Both the position numbers and the translations under genes were made by a program. Below the pieces are notes generated by a model that did no database searches, was not told the origin of the DNA, and saw only the letters and a list, made by a program, of their open reading frames with translations. A stretch of DNA of 64,000 bases, taken from Paecilomyces variotii. Lineage: Eukaryota. Numbering within the stretch: the first letter of the stretch is position 1; every line of letters begins with the position of its first letter. Below are positions 1 through 12,696 of the stretch, piece after piece. Where the stretch lies: NCBI GenBank assembly GCA_004022145.1, contig RCNU01000013.1. One strand, given 5' to 3'.

Positions 1-659
1 TATAAATCTCGAAGGTATGTCACTCTCAGCTTGAGAGTGCTTATTACTATTTTGATAATAATGCAGCTCGGTGAGGCCTATCCCAAAAGGGGATCTACTG
101 CTCCCATAAATAGCACGCCTTGAGCAAGTCGAGGCTAGACGTGATATCTCGGTCGAGAGCTGTCCATACGCGCCACGAAGAATTCTTCTCGACGCTCGTT
201 ACTGGAAGCTTAAGCTGGTTCGAGAAGCCAGATGTAGAATGGAACCAGACTGAGGCTCAACACAGCGACCACGCACACAACTTGTGACTGTTCCAGTCGG
301 GAATTTTTCTAGTCCATACAATTTCCAATATGGATGGAGATGCTCCATGAAAATCTTTGATTTCTCTCTTCTCACTTAACTGATGTGGAGATCGAGATCG
401 TCGAACAGGAAGTCATTCGAACCCTATCTATTCGTAGAATTCTATCAATCCAACGAGGGTATCAATAGGCATGTTATAAGTCGGGGGCTCGAACATTGTC
501 TACTCCAAGAAACATATGATGCATCCTCAAATCAGCACCGTGAATGCCGAGGTCGTGCAACTGTGCGTGAGTATCTGATAATGTATTCCTGTGATGCATG
601 TAATGTTATTTCAAAACACCACAACTACCTACTATTCGTATATTGAGCGCAATGGGAAC

Positions 660-1163
660 TCATTGAGGAAAACTCGTCGGCTCAGTCAGGATCCTCCCTG
701 CCCTCGAGCGTATGATGTAGACAACAAAAACAGGGTACGTCTGCGTCGCGCGCATAGAGCGATCTCGAGTCTCTCTTTCGTGAATCGCATCGAGCGCCGC
801 GGGCTGGAGGACTTCTTGCACCAGCTGAGTCACCTCAATACTGTCTGTCTGCAGCTGCGCCGGGCTCGAGCCCAGGGAACCATTCCGCAGCTTGCGGATT
901 CGTGTCTCAACGTCATCAAGGAAGCTGTTCGCAGTCTCGCCATCTCCAACGTGAAGTGTGACCGCGCCGATTTGCTCGCGCCCTTGCTCTCTGGCTCCGC
1001 CGTCGCGGAAGGTGGTCCTGGAGGATGTAATGCTGAAGCGTTCGATGGTGCCGTTCTCGGGAAGGAGATGAAGAACATTAATTGTGGCACCAAAGTTGCC
1101 AACAACAAGGAGCACAGATGGAGTGGTAGAGGGGGTAAATTTGTTTATGAGACGGGCAAGCAT
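660..1163 (-). CDS. Hypothetical protein (167 aa)
   Basis: Intronless ATG-initiated ORF with coding-like GC content between AT-rich flanks; no recognisable motif. Confidence 0.5.
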   Translation of the reverse strand: MLARLINKFTPSTTPSVLLVVGNFGATINVLHLLPENGTIERFSITSSRTTFRDGGAREQGREQIGAVTLHVGDGETANSFLDDVETRIRKLRNGSLGSSPAQLQTDSIEVTQLVQEVLQPAALDAIHERETRDRSMRATQTYPVFVVYIIRSRAGRILTEPTSFPQ

Positions 1164-1559
1164 GATTATGTGAGTTGAAGATTATTGAATGAAGAGTTAT
1201 TGATTCTTGATTCACTTGTAACTTGCCAAAGGTTATAAAGAAAGAAACCTACACTTAGTCACAGCGAAGGTTGACGTGGCCGCTACTTCAACGCCAACTA
1301 CCTACCTACCTACTGTCTCAATATAAAGCGCCTGCCCAACAACTATACCTATATTACCTAAAAGCAGAAGGAGACGAAGCAATTTAATGCTGAAAAAGTA
1401 CTATATATTAATGAGTAGTTCTATAAGCTTAATAGTCTAATCCGGATATACAATTTTGGCCTTGCAAATATCTCAATTTTGACGAAACATGTTTCTAACT
1501 TAGCCAGGGAAAGCCTTAAAGGGTTGCTACAAAGTATGAGCATAATAATTCTATTCCAA

Positions 1560-2560
1560 CTAGTGGGAAATCTGAATTAGTGACCTCAGTTAGATGTATT
1601 GCTACAGGTAAGGGGGGGTAATAGCACAACTCTTTATCTGACGTCTAAGCATACCTAGGTATTCAACACCATTTCTCGCTCCTTACTAGGCATATAAGCC
1701 AACCTCTCTCATCGAACCTTTTTTCTTCGTGTTACATAGTTCCATTTGCCACACCGATAGATAGACACCATTAGGCCGACGTATTAGCTCGGAACCCCAG
1801 CATATTTCTAGGTCTGGGATCAATTCCTACACCTCACTACTAGGAAAGTAGTGACTTTACGTACTCGTTTTCGTTCGATTCCTTTAATTTCTTTCGGATG
1901 GCACACAACACGTGCTATGAACACAGTGAGATCGTTGTTAATAGCCAAACAAATCGTGCCGCATTGATCTCGGAAGTATTCTTATCGCATCCCACCAAGC
2001 CCCCCAGTACTTAGCCTTCAATGACCCAGGAAACTGTTCAAGAATATAGTTAAATGACCGCTCCTAGCTCTGATTTCTTAAAGCCATCTTCCAAAAGAGG
2101 TTGTCCAAGGAAGAGATAAGCCAATGGCATACTAATTTCCATCGAGTTCAGCAAGCACAGCATATAATTCCATCCCGGCATTGTATTAGTACCATATGTC
2201 GCATCCATCGCCAACTCCTTTCGCCGATGCAAGCCTGGCCATTGAATGGCGAATATATATCGCAAATCCGCGCGTTCTCCTAGAGACATATGTCGAGCAA
2301 CGATAACCATCTCCTAAGTCGGCGAGAAGGAATGTTGAGTTTATCCGGACCCTTCTCATCCGAGAGAGACCCTGATACAACTGCGATCTTCGAGAGATGG
2401 TCACAACTTCAGCTTGCTTTCAGTATAAGTAGAAATCGCTCTAGATATTATTCGCCGGACATCGCGTTTTTCTTCCGCAGCAGATTTTTCCTCTTCCCTA
2501 GCGCTGTCCTGGCTACAATAGATAGTATTCATATACCAGGCCTACTTAAATACTTTGTCG
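1560..2560 (-). mobile_element. Degenerate Mutator-like (MULE) transposase remnant
   Basis: Minus strand reads KELAMDATYGTN (MDATYGTN at 2208-2185), then after a frameshift NAGMELYAVLAELDG..MPLAYLFL, then GCDKNTSEINAARFVW...LCS*HVLCAIRKKLK (~1992-1883). These match MULE DDE-domain motifs (D-x-T-Y-x-T-N, second catalytic D, C-x-W-H) but carry stops and frameshifts. Boundaries approximate; no TIRs identified. Confidence 0.75.
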
Positions 2561-3330
2561 TCTTCTATGCGCGAATCGGTAGCCCCTAACTTTCTAGATA
2601 AGATCAAGGAGATCCCTCATCGCTTAATGTAATGTAAGGGCCCCCGATCCGAAATACAATCCTAGGTGCATCTCTCTGAAAAAAGGCCGAACCCGGTGTA
2701 GGCGATTAGTCAAGGTTCAGAATATACTTGGCATTAAGAGGATTTTGTTCTGATTTTAATAAAATTAGTTCTTATATTTATAAAGCGCCACTTGCAGATA
2801 TATTGACTTATTCCAGGCCCGAAGTTCGTTGATAAAGGTATGCTATTTATCTGTAGGTAGGAAGCGCTTTTTCATTTTTCATGCCTTTGGCAAGTTTTAT
2901 TTTTTTCTGTTTCCCTTGTTTATTCCGTCTAAAGTCATCCGTTGGACGAGGGCAGCTATAAGAACTACACTAGATCTGATTTTCATGATCTATTGGTAGT
3001 TAACTAATGTGCACTACGGCCTCAAAGAGAAGAATACGTTAGTTATGCCAAGAAGAATAATATGAAGGGGTCCCAGAAAACGCATATAGTTCTTGAAGTG
3101 GTGTAGCTGTTCTTGTCTTGTCAATGTTGATTGATGTGGTAGGATATACAAAATTGAGGGAGGGAAGTAAGCCATAAAGAAGCCGCGTCGTACTCCGCAG
3201 AATAACGACTGTTAGTTTCGTCGAATGCAGCTATATAGAGTAGTCTTAAGTCCGCATCATGCCCATGCTCAACCCTCATGGACGACAGCAGGGGTTAATC
3301 CTGGCGTCTGCATCCTACCGTGCGCAGAAG

Positions 3331-3369
<39 letters not shown>
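3331..3369. repeat. (CAT)13 trinucleotide microsatellite
   Basis: Perfect tandem CAT repeat read directly; intergenic. Confidence 0.95.
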
Positions 3370-3371
<2 letters not shown>

Positions 3372-6300
3372 AGAACTGCGAGCGAATAATCGACTCCAAC
3401 GGACGGGTGATTCGAATGGATTGCCAATGCTTCCATCATTGAGCATTGGTTAATACCTGTTCCGGGTGGCAAAAAAGCATGATCACGACGCAGGGGATTT
3501 TAAAGCACAATAAAATAATGAAAAATCCCCGATCGAATCTCCGCTCACCACGTTGTTCAGCCTGAGAGGGCTAGCCAGATCTATGAGCTGCAAGGTCTTA
3601 TTGCGTGGTCATGAGGAAGGGAAGAAGTATTATTATTATCATCATCTACTCAAAATGAATCAAATCCAACCTCCTGTGACGCGCGCATGCGAGAGAGACA
3701 CACACAGAGAAAGAGAGAGGAGCGTGCGTGACGGCTTCTGAGTGTGTCCCACCATGATCATCGCGCCTCACGATCCGGGTTTTGCTTTTGCTTCTAGACG
3801 TGCGTGTGTGGCACTGGCTTTGAATTTCTCCAGGCCCGTAGGCGAAGCGAATCTCGCGATGGCTGAGACACAGCTTGTGGGATCTTCGATGGAATCGATT
3901 CCTGTCGATTCACCTCGTGGAGCCAAGTCCGATAGCCAAGTGGACAATTGGATCGATTGGCGATCTGTGGTTGGACGGGAATTCCGCACCGGCCAGGGAT
4001 CATCAGGAGTCGAAGCCATTCTGGGAAACGCGGCGTTGTGGACGCCCGCGGGAGATCTATCATATGGCGGGCGAATGATAAATTAGTCTTGGATGCTGCT
4101 TTGAGGCTGGGCGATTGGAGCTTTTTCAATTGGAGATGAGACAGCTGTAAGGTACATACAGCATATTTTATATTTCATTTTGGATTCGTTATTAGCCAGT
4201 TTTACAGAAGACTCCGTTGGTTGAGAACGATTCAGCTTATACTCTGTTCCTGACGTACCTAGGTAGGTACTACTACTGTTAATTTAATCCTTAACTTGGT
4301 TAAAGTGCTTAGTCGGCACTGCAACCGTGGCTTGACCATTGGTGGCGGTGTTTCCCGTCCGAAGGGAAAATAATGGCTTACCATATAAGCCAACGCGAGT
4401 CAGGAACCGCAATCTTTCTTTTTTGCCCGTTCTGTTTAACCGGGACCACTGAACACTCCCCTTATTATTATTACGTCGATGGCGTCCGGTAAGCTGAGAG
4501 TTGTCGACTCTCAGAATCCGCGCGGTGGATTCACGGAGTCGCAGGATTAATATTAATATTAATATTATTATGATTCGGATTATACATACTTTCAGGACAA
4601 GACCTTGTTGTTATTATTGTTATACCCACCCACACACACCCTTTCTCTGGATGGTTGGGGAGGGGACGAGGAGGGGAAGGGGAGGGAGCTAAGAATAAAA
4701 ACGATAGACGGGAGGTAAAACCAGTGGTCGAGTCGCAGTTGTCGCAGTTCTTAAGATTCGAACTGATAGTTACGATACGAATCAGCAATGATCTCTTGGC
4801 CTTATCCTGGCAACATGGCGCAGAGAGTTTGAAACCCGTGCACATGCATGTCGCAGATGGTTCTGGATTGTTTGGTTTCCATTGGCCGACTCGATGGGCT
4901 TTCCCCCGCGCCCAAGTCGTTATCGTCGACGGTGATGTGCCGAAGTTCGCGGCAGAAGCCTCTGTAGTACCATAGTAGTACTACTATAATAGTATGCATC
5001 TGGATATGCAAGAGTATGACCAAGACGGAAGACATGAGGAGACAGCCCCGCGAGTGCGCGATGCTCATCATCGAACTTGAGGATGGGATTAATATTGAAT
5101 GGACCTCTGTGGCAAATCCGGCCTGGCCATTCAGAGATTCGTACTGGTCTGGGTGAAACTTGGGGTCCCGTACCAATGTGTGCAGCCATGCTCCGGCCAC
5201 ACATCAGGTCTGCTGTCGACCATCTTGATGGTATTTATTTATTTATTTAAATAATACTCGTCTCAGTCTCGTTGGGAACTGACCATGATGATTATTTTTG
5301 TTGCTCTCTGGTCGCGCTGACCGACGGGACCGTACTCGTAATAGTTCACCAGCCATGTCGGTCGCTAGGGTCGCTCGGGGATACTAGCTCTCCTCTAGAG
5401 CGTCAGCCACTGCTCGGATGCCGGTACAGCCGCCCGCGAGAGAAGAACTATGGAAGAATTTCAAACAGTTGCATGGGCGACAATGTGACTGCTGAGGGCT
5501 CAAGTAGTATGATAGGAGTATCCGAGTAACTATACATACTATAGTTAGTAGTACATAGTGTCAAGGGCTGACGTGCACCCTATCAGTCGCATCATTCCTG
5601 GGGGGACGCGGAACCGATCATTTCCCTTGCGGGCGGCGCCATGGTTGCTGACGTGCCAACTTGGAATGTCCCGTGGGCTGCCAAATGCCAACTTTTTGCC
5701 CCTGCTGGCGGACCATGGCGGCACGTCAGATCCGGAGATGGTTCAACCAGCCGATATTATTATTCAGGGAGAATACTAATAAAATAAGAAGAATAAACAA
5801 AAGAGACTTTATAGTTAACATTGCTGTTGGAATGGTTATGTAATATGTAGTATGAACCTTATTGTCTTTTATGATCTTATTATTGTTTATGATAGAATAA
5901 TATGATACTTTCTTTTTCTTTTCCTATCTATCCATCTATCTATCTATCTAATTTACCCGATACTAGTACGAGCCCTGATCCATGAATCCGTTCGGTGCTA
6001 GAGCCGATGCCAGAACTCCAGGGCCGATCGGTGCGTCGTCCGGTTCTGGCCCTGAGCGTGGGTCGGTGGATCGAGCTTTCTGCGGTACCAGATGAGCGCG
6101 ATGGCCAACCTCACCGCTGGGGATTGCCTGTTCCAGCTGGCCAGAGCGAGAAGGGGCCGCGTACTTGTTGTCTGTGTGTAGCACAGTATGGTACATAAAT
6201 AGAGTATGAAATAATCAGACTTAGCAGGAGTGAGTGATCTTCTCTCTGTCTATGTGAAATTGCCTGGCTGTATGGAAAAAGAAAAATAAGCATCAGATAG

Positions 6301-7751
6301 CTCAACCATAGAGTACCATAGAAGGAAAAACAGAACTAAAGTATGGTAAACAGACTAATCAGACCGCAAATAACTACTCCCCCGGTCTGTACCATAAGAG
6401 AGAGAGAGAGAGGGATATCCGGGCCAGCCGCGCCCAGCAACTCAGCAATAATGTGACAGGCCTGGCGCCCTTTCCCGATGCGGTCAGACTTGGTGGCAGT
6501 CTTTTTTTTCTTCTCTCTTTTGCATCGTACCCCAACGCGGGATTATCCCTTGACGGTCGTACCATGGGAAGAATGGTGTGTCTCTGGGGGATCGTGTGAT
6601 GATGACTGTTGTGTACCTAGAGTAAGTAGTAGTATGTAGAGTTAATCAAATGTACATAGACAACTACTAGGAAGAGAGTCGAGTACAAAGCAGAACCACG
6701 ATGACAGCGGTACGTTGTTAGCACAATCTAGTGAACGGTAGAATCGTCTACAAGAACGCCAGGTGGACCGGGATCGGGTCGACGGCGGCCCCTCGCACGC
6801 CGTGAACCAGACGAAGAGAAGCATCGCTCGTAGTCACCAAACCAAGACCAAGAAATCAGAATCTGGGCCAGCACCCACTTCCCGCTTCACAGCAGAAACA
6901 AGCCCTCATCCCGTCTCTGCTGTGCTTTGCTTTGCTCTGCTTTGCTCTACTCTCTCGTCCCCTCCTCCTCCACTCACGATCTTCTTCTCTTCCTTTTTTC
7001 GTTTCCCTCTCTCTCTCACTCTATCTCTCTCTCTCGATCCCTCGATCCCTTCTGCGTGCCACACCCACTCTTTCTCGTCGTCCTCCTTCCCGGTTCCGTC
7101 GTCTCCCACCGGCTGTACCCTCGTTACGCTTGTTTTCTTGCGTTTAGGTGCCGTCCCGGGCGACGATGCCCTCGATCTTCTGACAGCTTGTCCGCGATCG
7201 TCGATCATCGAATGCCTCCGCCTTAAAGTCCAGGTATCAGTGCAGGCAGGTGGGTGGCAGGCACATTCGAAAAGGAAACAAACAACGATTATTCACAGGG
7301 TAGGTTGGAGGATTGTACTGCACCATAGCGGATAATATTACCTTGGGCTAACACCGCCGCTCTCAATGTTGAAGGGGATCCTCGTTGGCGCAGAACACAC
7401 TCGTTATTGTTTTGTTTGACGACACCACCTAGAGAAAAAAAAAAGGGAACAGAAAAAAAAATTGTTTCTTTTCTCCGACACTCACGACATTGATACACGT
7501 GCAGGAGTCCGGACTGGGTCATTGTTTTTCACCAAGCCACGCTCCGTTTGAGGTGCTAGCCGATCGTGTCGTCCAACATTCAACTCTCGAAGAAAAAGAT
7601 CAAAGGGTTACTGGTACAGACTGCCAACATCGATTGGAGGCGTTCAAGGGTCACCGTATCGTGAGGGACGGGTGCTCTCGACATCTACTGGGTCGACAGC
7701 TCCCAAAACAGGATCTGTTCTGTGACGCGGCGCGGGATTTCACTGTCCGCC

Positions 7752-9168
7752 ATGACTGTCGCTCCGATCTCGATAATGCGGCTGGCGCTGCTGGCTGCGG
7801 TGGCCATGCACAGCGTGCTAGCCTCGGAAGACATCTCCTACTGCTCCTCGCAAAACACAGGCTCAGATTTCGATGCTAGTATGTGGTACCGAAAATCCCC
7901 TTCGGTCGAGTAAATTGCTAACAAGAATCTACAGTGGCATCCACATACCAATCCTACGGACTGTGCGAGCAGACCTGTAATGCCGATTATGCTTATGCTA
8001 TCTTGCAAGGACATGACTGCTGGTGTTCCAACTATGCCCCGAGCGAGACGACCTCGGCCAGCGATTGCTCCGAATCTTGTCCCGGCTACCAAAGCGATAA
8101 ATGTGGAAACGTTTCAAAAGGCCTCTACGTTTATTATCAGATGGCAAACGTTCTCCCCTCGGGTACTCAATCATCCAGCAGTAAAACCGCTGCTGCCACC
8201 TCCAAGGCGGTTAGTTTCACCCCAGATCCTTTTAACTTTTTTGGTCCGCGTCGTGCGATTCTTGCGAGTCTTTCTGCAATGTGATACCCAAGCGTTTCCT
8301 TTCTCGTCATTGTACATGGTTTTGACGACAACCAGGAGAGTACTACTGTTAGTGCTGAGCCTGAGCCCGTGACTGTGACGGTGACTGCGTCGAATGACCA
8401 GACGAACACCGTCGTCACAGTGACCCCTAGTTCTTCAACTTCAACATTGCCTACTACTGTACGGGTTACTCTCCTTCGAATGTTGGAATTCGCACGACGC
8501 ACGGACCAAATCATTTGTGATGAATGTTGGGGAATGTAAGCGCTAACTTGTGCCATAGACATCCAAGTCGTCTTCTAGTAGCAGCTCCAGCTCGGAGTCG
8601 ACTACCGCTTCACAGACTGTTCCGGCAACCACTAGCAAGCCATCTCTTTCCGTGCAGACGGTGGCTGGTCAGCCAGTGACGGTCACCATCCAAAATCCGG
8701 AGTCGACAATGGCGGCTGGCCAGGAAGGAACCCACAAGTCCACCAGCAGCTCTGCATTGAGCGGCGGTGCTATTGCAGGAGTTGTCGTCGGCTCTCTCGC
8801 TGGAGCTGGTGTTCTCCTCGGTTTCCTTTTCTGGTTCTGCTACGCTCGCCGCCGCTCCGCTGCTAGCGACGGTTCATACGACCCCAGCATCCAAGGCAAC
8901 CTGCTCGATGGACGCCGTCACAGCAAGACTTCGCAGATGAGCATAATGAGAAACATTCCCTCATCACCAACTGGGGCGGCTGCCTTCACAGATAACCGCA
9001 TGAACAAGGAGGCGACTCTGTATCCCAACGGGCATCGCCTCAGCAACGTTTCCCTCCAGGATAACCAGGATTACTCACGACCCGTCCTCCGGGTAAGTAA
9101 CACTGATGTTTCTTACTACTCGTGAAGTCGACATGCTAACGTTCGTCTAGCTTACGAACCCCGACTAA
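7752..9168 (+). CDS. WSC-domain cell wall integrity sensor (type I membrane protein)
   Basis: Signal peptide (MRLALLAAVAMHSVLA), Cys-rich WSC domain (YCSSQNT..LCEQTC..YAILQGHDCWCSNYAP..CSESCPGYQSDKCG), Ser/Thr-rich stalk, TM helix (GAIAGVVVGSLAGAGVLLGFLFWF) and conserved C-terminus DYSRPVLRLTNPD. Introns ~7879-7933, 8210-8335, 8459-8558, 9093-9150. Start is 7752 or 7776. Which Wsc paralog this is cannot be determined here. Confidence 0.9.
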
Positions 9169-9970
9169 GTCAACGTATTCAATTACGGTAGCGACCTACC
9201 ACTGTAATCAATTTCCTTACCCTATTTGATTTGCACAGCATGGCGAACACTGTGGTGTTATGATACCCATCTTCTTTTCCAACACAACTTGTTTCCTTGC
9301 TCCAATCTGCTTGTGCGCAGTCATCGCTTTGACTGACTCTCTTTCGCGGATGACTTCCGAGAAACGCAAGCTGGTAGTCTACTGCTGTGGTCTATCCTTT
9401 TGCATTCAGGGGAGGTTGTTTTCCCCTGACACGTGTATTACGACCTCATGTGCCTTCGCATCCTCGTCGGGATTGTCGATGACTTGGTTGGCTATTCGCC
9501 TTCCCGTCTTGTTGCCGCACTCCACGATGTGTGGCATTTAATCGCTTCTCGGGAACACAACTGCAGCATATCCGCGCATTTATCTTTTCCTGAGACCGCT
9601 CTTTTCAACCCTCTTTCATTCCTTCCAAGAGAACATAGAATTCTTGAACACGACGAACCGGATTGGTGGTTTGCTAGGGTGGGAATAATGGTGTATACCG
9701 AGGTGGAGCTTCTTTGCAGATAGTCCTGGGATCCAGAAGGCGTTTTTCGAGTACATACCTCCTACATATCATACGAATGCTATGCCCTTGAATTATTGAT
9801 TTATGTACCGAGCAGTTATTATAGTGGACCCTTTGTTCGAGTGCATCCTTTGAAGAATATACAACTGGATTCCGGAAATAATTCAATTCATTCCGCTGTC
9901 ATAACTGCGCCTTGGGTATCTAACTCGTACATCAAACCAATCGATCAGTCTTCCACGATCCTTCCGCGTA

Positions 9971-11200
9971 TCACAACCATGCTCTCGCCTGCCAGGGAGA
10001 CTGCATGGTCCGCACGCTATCTTCGTGACAACGCTCAACAGCCAGGTCGATGGGAGTCCTGCCGTGGCGGTCTCTGACAGTCGGGTCCGCGCCAACAGCA
10101 CACAATACCTCGACGATGTCTCCGCGGTCGTACATGGCTGCCAGATGCAGCGGCGTCTCCCCAAACCGATTCGGCCAGTTCACCCATGCGCCGCGACGGA
10201 TCAGCAGCTGGATAATCTCACAATCTCCCCCGTTGACGGCATAGTGCAATTCGGAGTCCCTATTCTCCCCAGCGAGATTGATGCGCACTCCGGCCCTGAG
10301 CATGAACCTGACTGCCTCCGTCTGACGGCTCAGCGCAGCCTGATGAACGGCCGTTCCACCCCATCGATCCCTCGCAGTCAGAACAATCCCCGCATCGAAC
10401 AACAACTGAATCGTCTTGGGGTTCTGCGCATAACACGCATTCCACAACGCCGTCTCCCCATTCGGCTTCCTCGCAGACACAACCTCTCTCAGTCCCAACC
10501 CGAGCAAATACTCCGTCACTCGATGATCGGAATTCCTCACCGCAGAATGAAGAACCGTTCCCCCTTCCTCAACCTCCCAGATATCCGCCCCTTTCTCAAC
10601 AACCATCTTGACAATCCCAAGAGCGCAATTCTCCGCAACCGCATGCATCACCCCAGGTCCAGTAACATCCGCCCCAGCCTCAATGAGTCTCTTGACCATC
10701 TCATCCGAGCCCGCTGTCGCCGCAGCACCCAACGGAACAGCACTATCCCTCTGTCCCACATCCCCCAGACACGGATCTGCCCCAAACTCCAGCAAAAGCT
10801 CCGCAATATCAAATCGGAAATGATACAACGCACACTTCAACATCCTCACCCCCGTAACCGTATACGCATTCGGATCGACGCCAAACTCGAGGAATTTCCT
10901 CACGCTTCCGTACCGCCCATCCACGATGCAGGTGACTAGTGGTTCAACGGGGTGTTTTTCCTGTCTGGCTCGACGCCCACCAGCTGTCGTCGCTAGGAGG
11001 GCCCATTTCTCGTAGTCGGCTGGGCTGGCGAGGGCGTAGAGCTTGCCTGCTTGGTGGAGACAAGGGCGGAGAAGATGGTTGATCCGACGAGACGTCGCTG
11101 AGAGGTGGCATAGGTCTTGCACGGAGAGGTAGTCGGAGACGAGGATGATTAGTTCTGGTGGTAGGGAGGTGAATTTAGTGAAGGTGGCCATTTTTTGCAT
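9971..11200 (-). CDS. F-box and ankyrin-repeat protein
   Basis: N-terminal F-box-like motif (FTSLPPELIILVSDYLSVQDLCHLSATSRRINHL) followed by many ankyrin repeats (GGTVLHSAV, GETALWNAC, GGTAVHQAA, GETPLHLAA, GRTPIDLAV); intronless 409 aa. Confidence 0.88.
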   Translation of the reverse strand: MQKMATFTKFTSLPPELIILVSDYLSVQDLCHLSATSRRINHLLRPCLHQAGKLYALASPADYEKWALLATTAGGRRARQEKHPVEPLVTCIVDGRYGSVRKFLEFGVDPNAYTVTGVRMLKCALYHFRFDIAELLLEFGADPCLGDVGQRDSAVPLGAAATAGSDEMVKRLIEAGADVTGPGVMHAVAENCALGIVKMVVEKGADIWEVEEGGTVLHSAVRNSDHRVTEYLLGLGLREVVSARKPNGETALWNACYAQNPKTIQLLFDAGIVLTARDRWGGTAVHQAALSRQTEAVRFMLRAGVRINLAGENRDSELHYAVNGGDCEIIQLLIRRGAWVNWPNRFGETPLHLAAMYDRGDIVEVLCAVGADPTVRDRHGRTPIDLAVERCHEDSVRTMQSPWQARAWL

Positions 11201-12696
11201 GGTTCGAGTAGATAGATAGATGGATGGATGGATGAGGATGGCAGATGGCAGATGTAATGCAGTATGGATATTTCGAGATGTTCGAGTTCGAGTTCAAGTT
11301 TGGTTCAAGATATGAAGCTCCCAAGAAGATGGCCCTGCTGATCTGCTCTGCTCTGCTCTGTTATTGTATGTTCAAGTCCAGTTCTGAACAAGACAAGACA
11401 AGAATAGCATGAACAACACCACTATCAATCACCCTGGGGGGATGAATTCCCCGACAAACTTCACATGACAATAAAAGAAAAGTGAATATGTGTTTTGGAA
11501 AAAGCCAACGATGAGGAAGGAAAAGAAACAAAGCATCCTGAACATAACATCCTACAGATAGAAATTGACGGTATTCCCAGCCGCCATGATATGCTATAGG
11601 ACCCGCTATATGTATCGTCGGGGACAACAATCACCATAAGGACAAGGACAACAATAACGACAACATCTTGATTGTGTATATATGTGTATATGTATACATG
11701 GAAGGAATAGATAATAAGATGTATGTGAATGAATAAGTCTGGCTTTGTGCTATGCTATGCTATGAATGATAGTATAAAGGTAGGAGGAGATTGCCTTCTT
11801 TTCCTCTTCTCCTTTGTTGTTGGATGGGTTAGTTTAAGTTACTAGTGATATTGACTATTTTTATATTGTTTATACTACAGATTTTGTGGGATTATCTGGC
11901 AATGCTATATCTATTTCGTTAATTCCGCTAATTTGAGTAGAGTTACTTGTGCTAGGGATTAGAGAGGGAGAAATGAATTTGTGAATGGACTATGTATGTA
12001 GATAAGCTGTGGAGTTTGAGTAGGAGTTCTTCAACAATAAGTATTATTTCTTTCTTTCTCTTAAACGAAAGCCAGAAGTTTCATAAAGTATATCTAGCAC
12101 AGGGTAAATCTCTGGGCCGAGGCAGTTGCAAAGATAAGTCTACTGCGCATATGCATTTAGATGTAGCCGACCCCAGTTCAGACACTGATGCGCTATCCTA
12201 ATGGGTGATATCTTCATCCATCTCTACACAGAGTCATTTAATGTTCTCCCAGAATACTAACCTCTAGGCTAGAGCTACTTGTTTACTTGTATACTACCTC
12301 TGTTGTGCCTGAACTCTATGTCACGTGATCAAAGATCTTTACCTGCCGCGGGGGTCCGCAGACTGTCATAGACTCATAGGTCCCTGTTACCAGGTCAGTT
12401 GGGACCACCGATATTTGGTTCTTATTGAGCAATTAAAATAGCTGCGGACTGTGCAGCTGAATCCGATCGATCTCTTCGGCCCTCGCCGCCGAAAAGGGTT
12501 TAAAGGGATCGGGTCCACGAGATCGCGTCTAGCCGGCTTTAAGTCGCATGTCGTTTTTGAGAGTCCAACGCGCCAACTACTGTTCTACGCGTCTTTCTAT
12601 GCAAACAGTTCCTTACCTGTTTGGGTCTATTTGAAGCTATTCGTGACTGCTGCTTTTGCTATTTGATCTTCTTACCTTCATATTAATATAACGATC

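Noticed and set aside
591-1178. 195-aa plus-strand ORF
   Set aside because: Antisense shadow of the 660-1163 minus-strand ORF, which has the better start context; neither has a known motif.
3259-3472. Poly-His (+) and poly-Asp (-) short ORFs
   Set aside because: Both are translation artefacts of the (CAT)13 microsatellite; no other coding signal.
6763-7335. 190-aa ORF and overlapping S/L-rich ORFs
   Set aside because: Products of the CT-rich low-complexity tract upstream of the WSC gene.
10025-10939. 304-aa plus-strand ORF rich in R/P/H
   Set aside because: Antisense shadow of the F-box/ankyrin gene.
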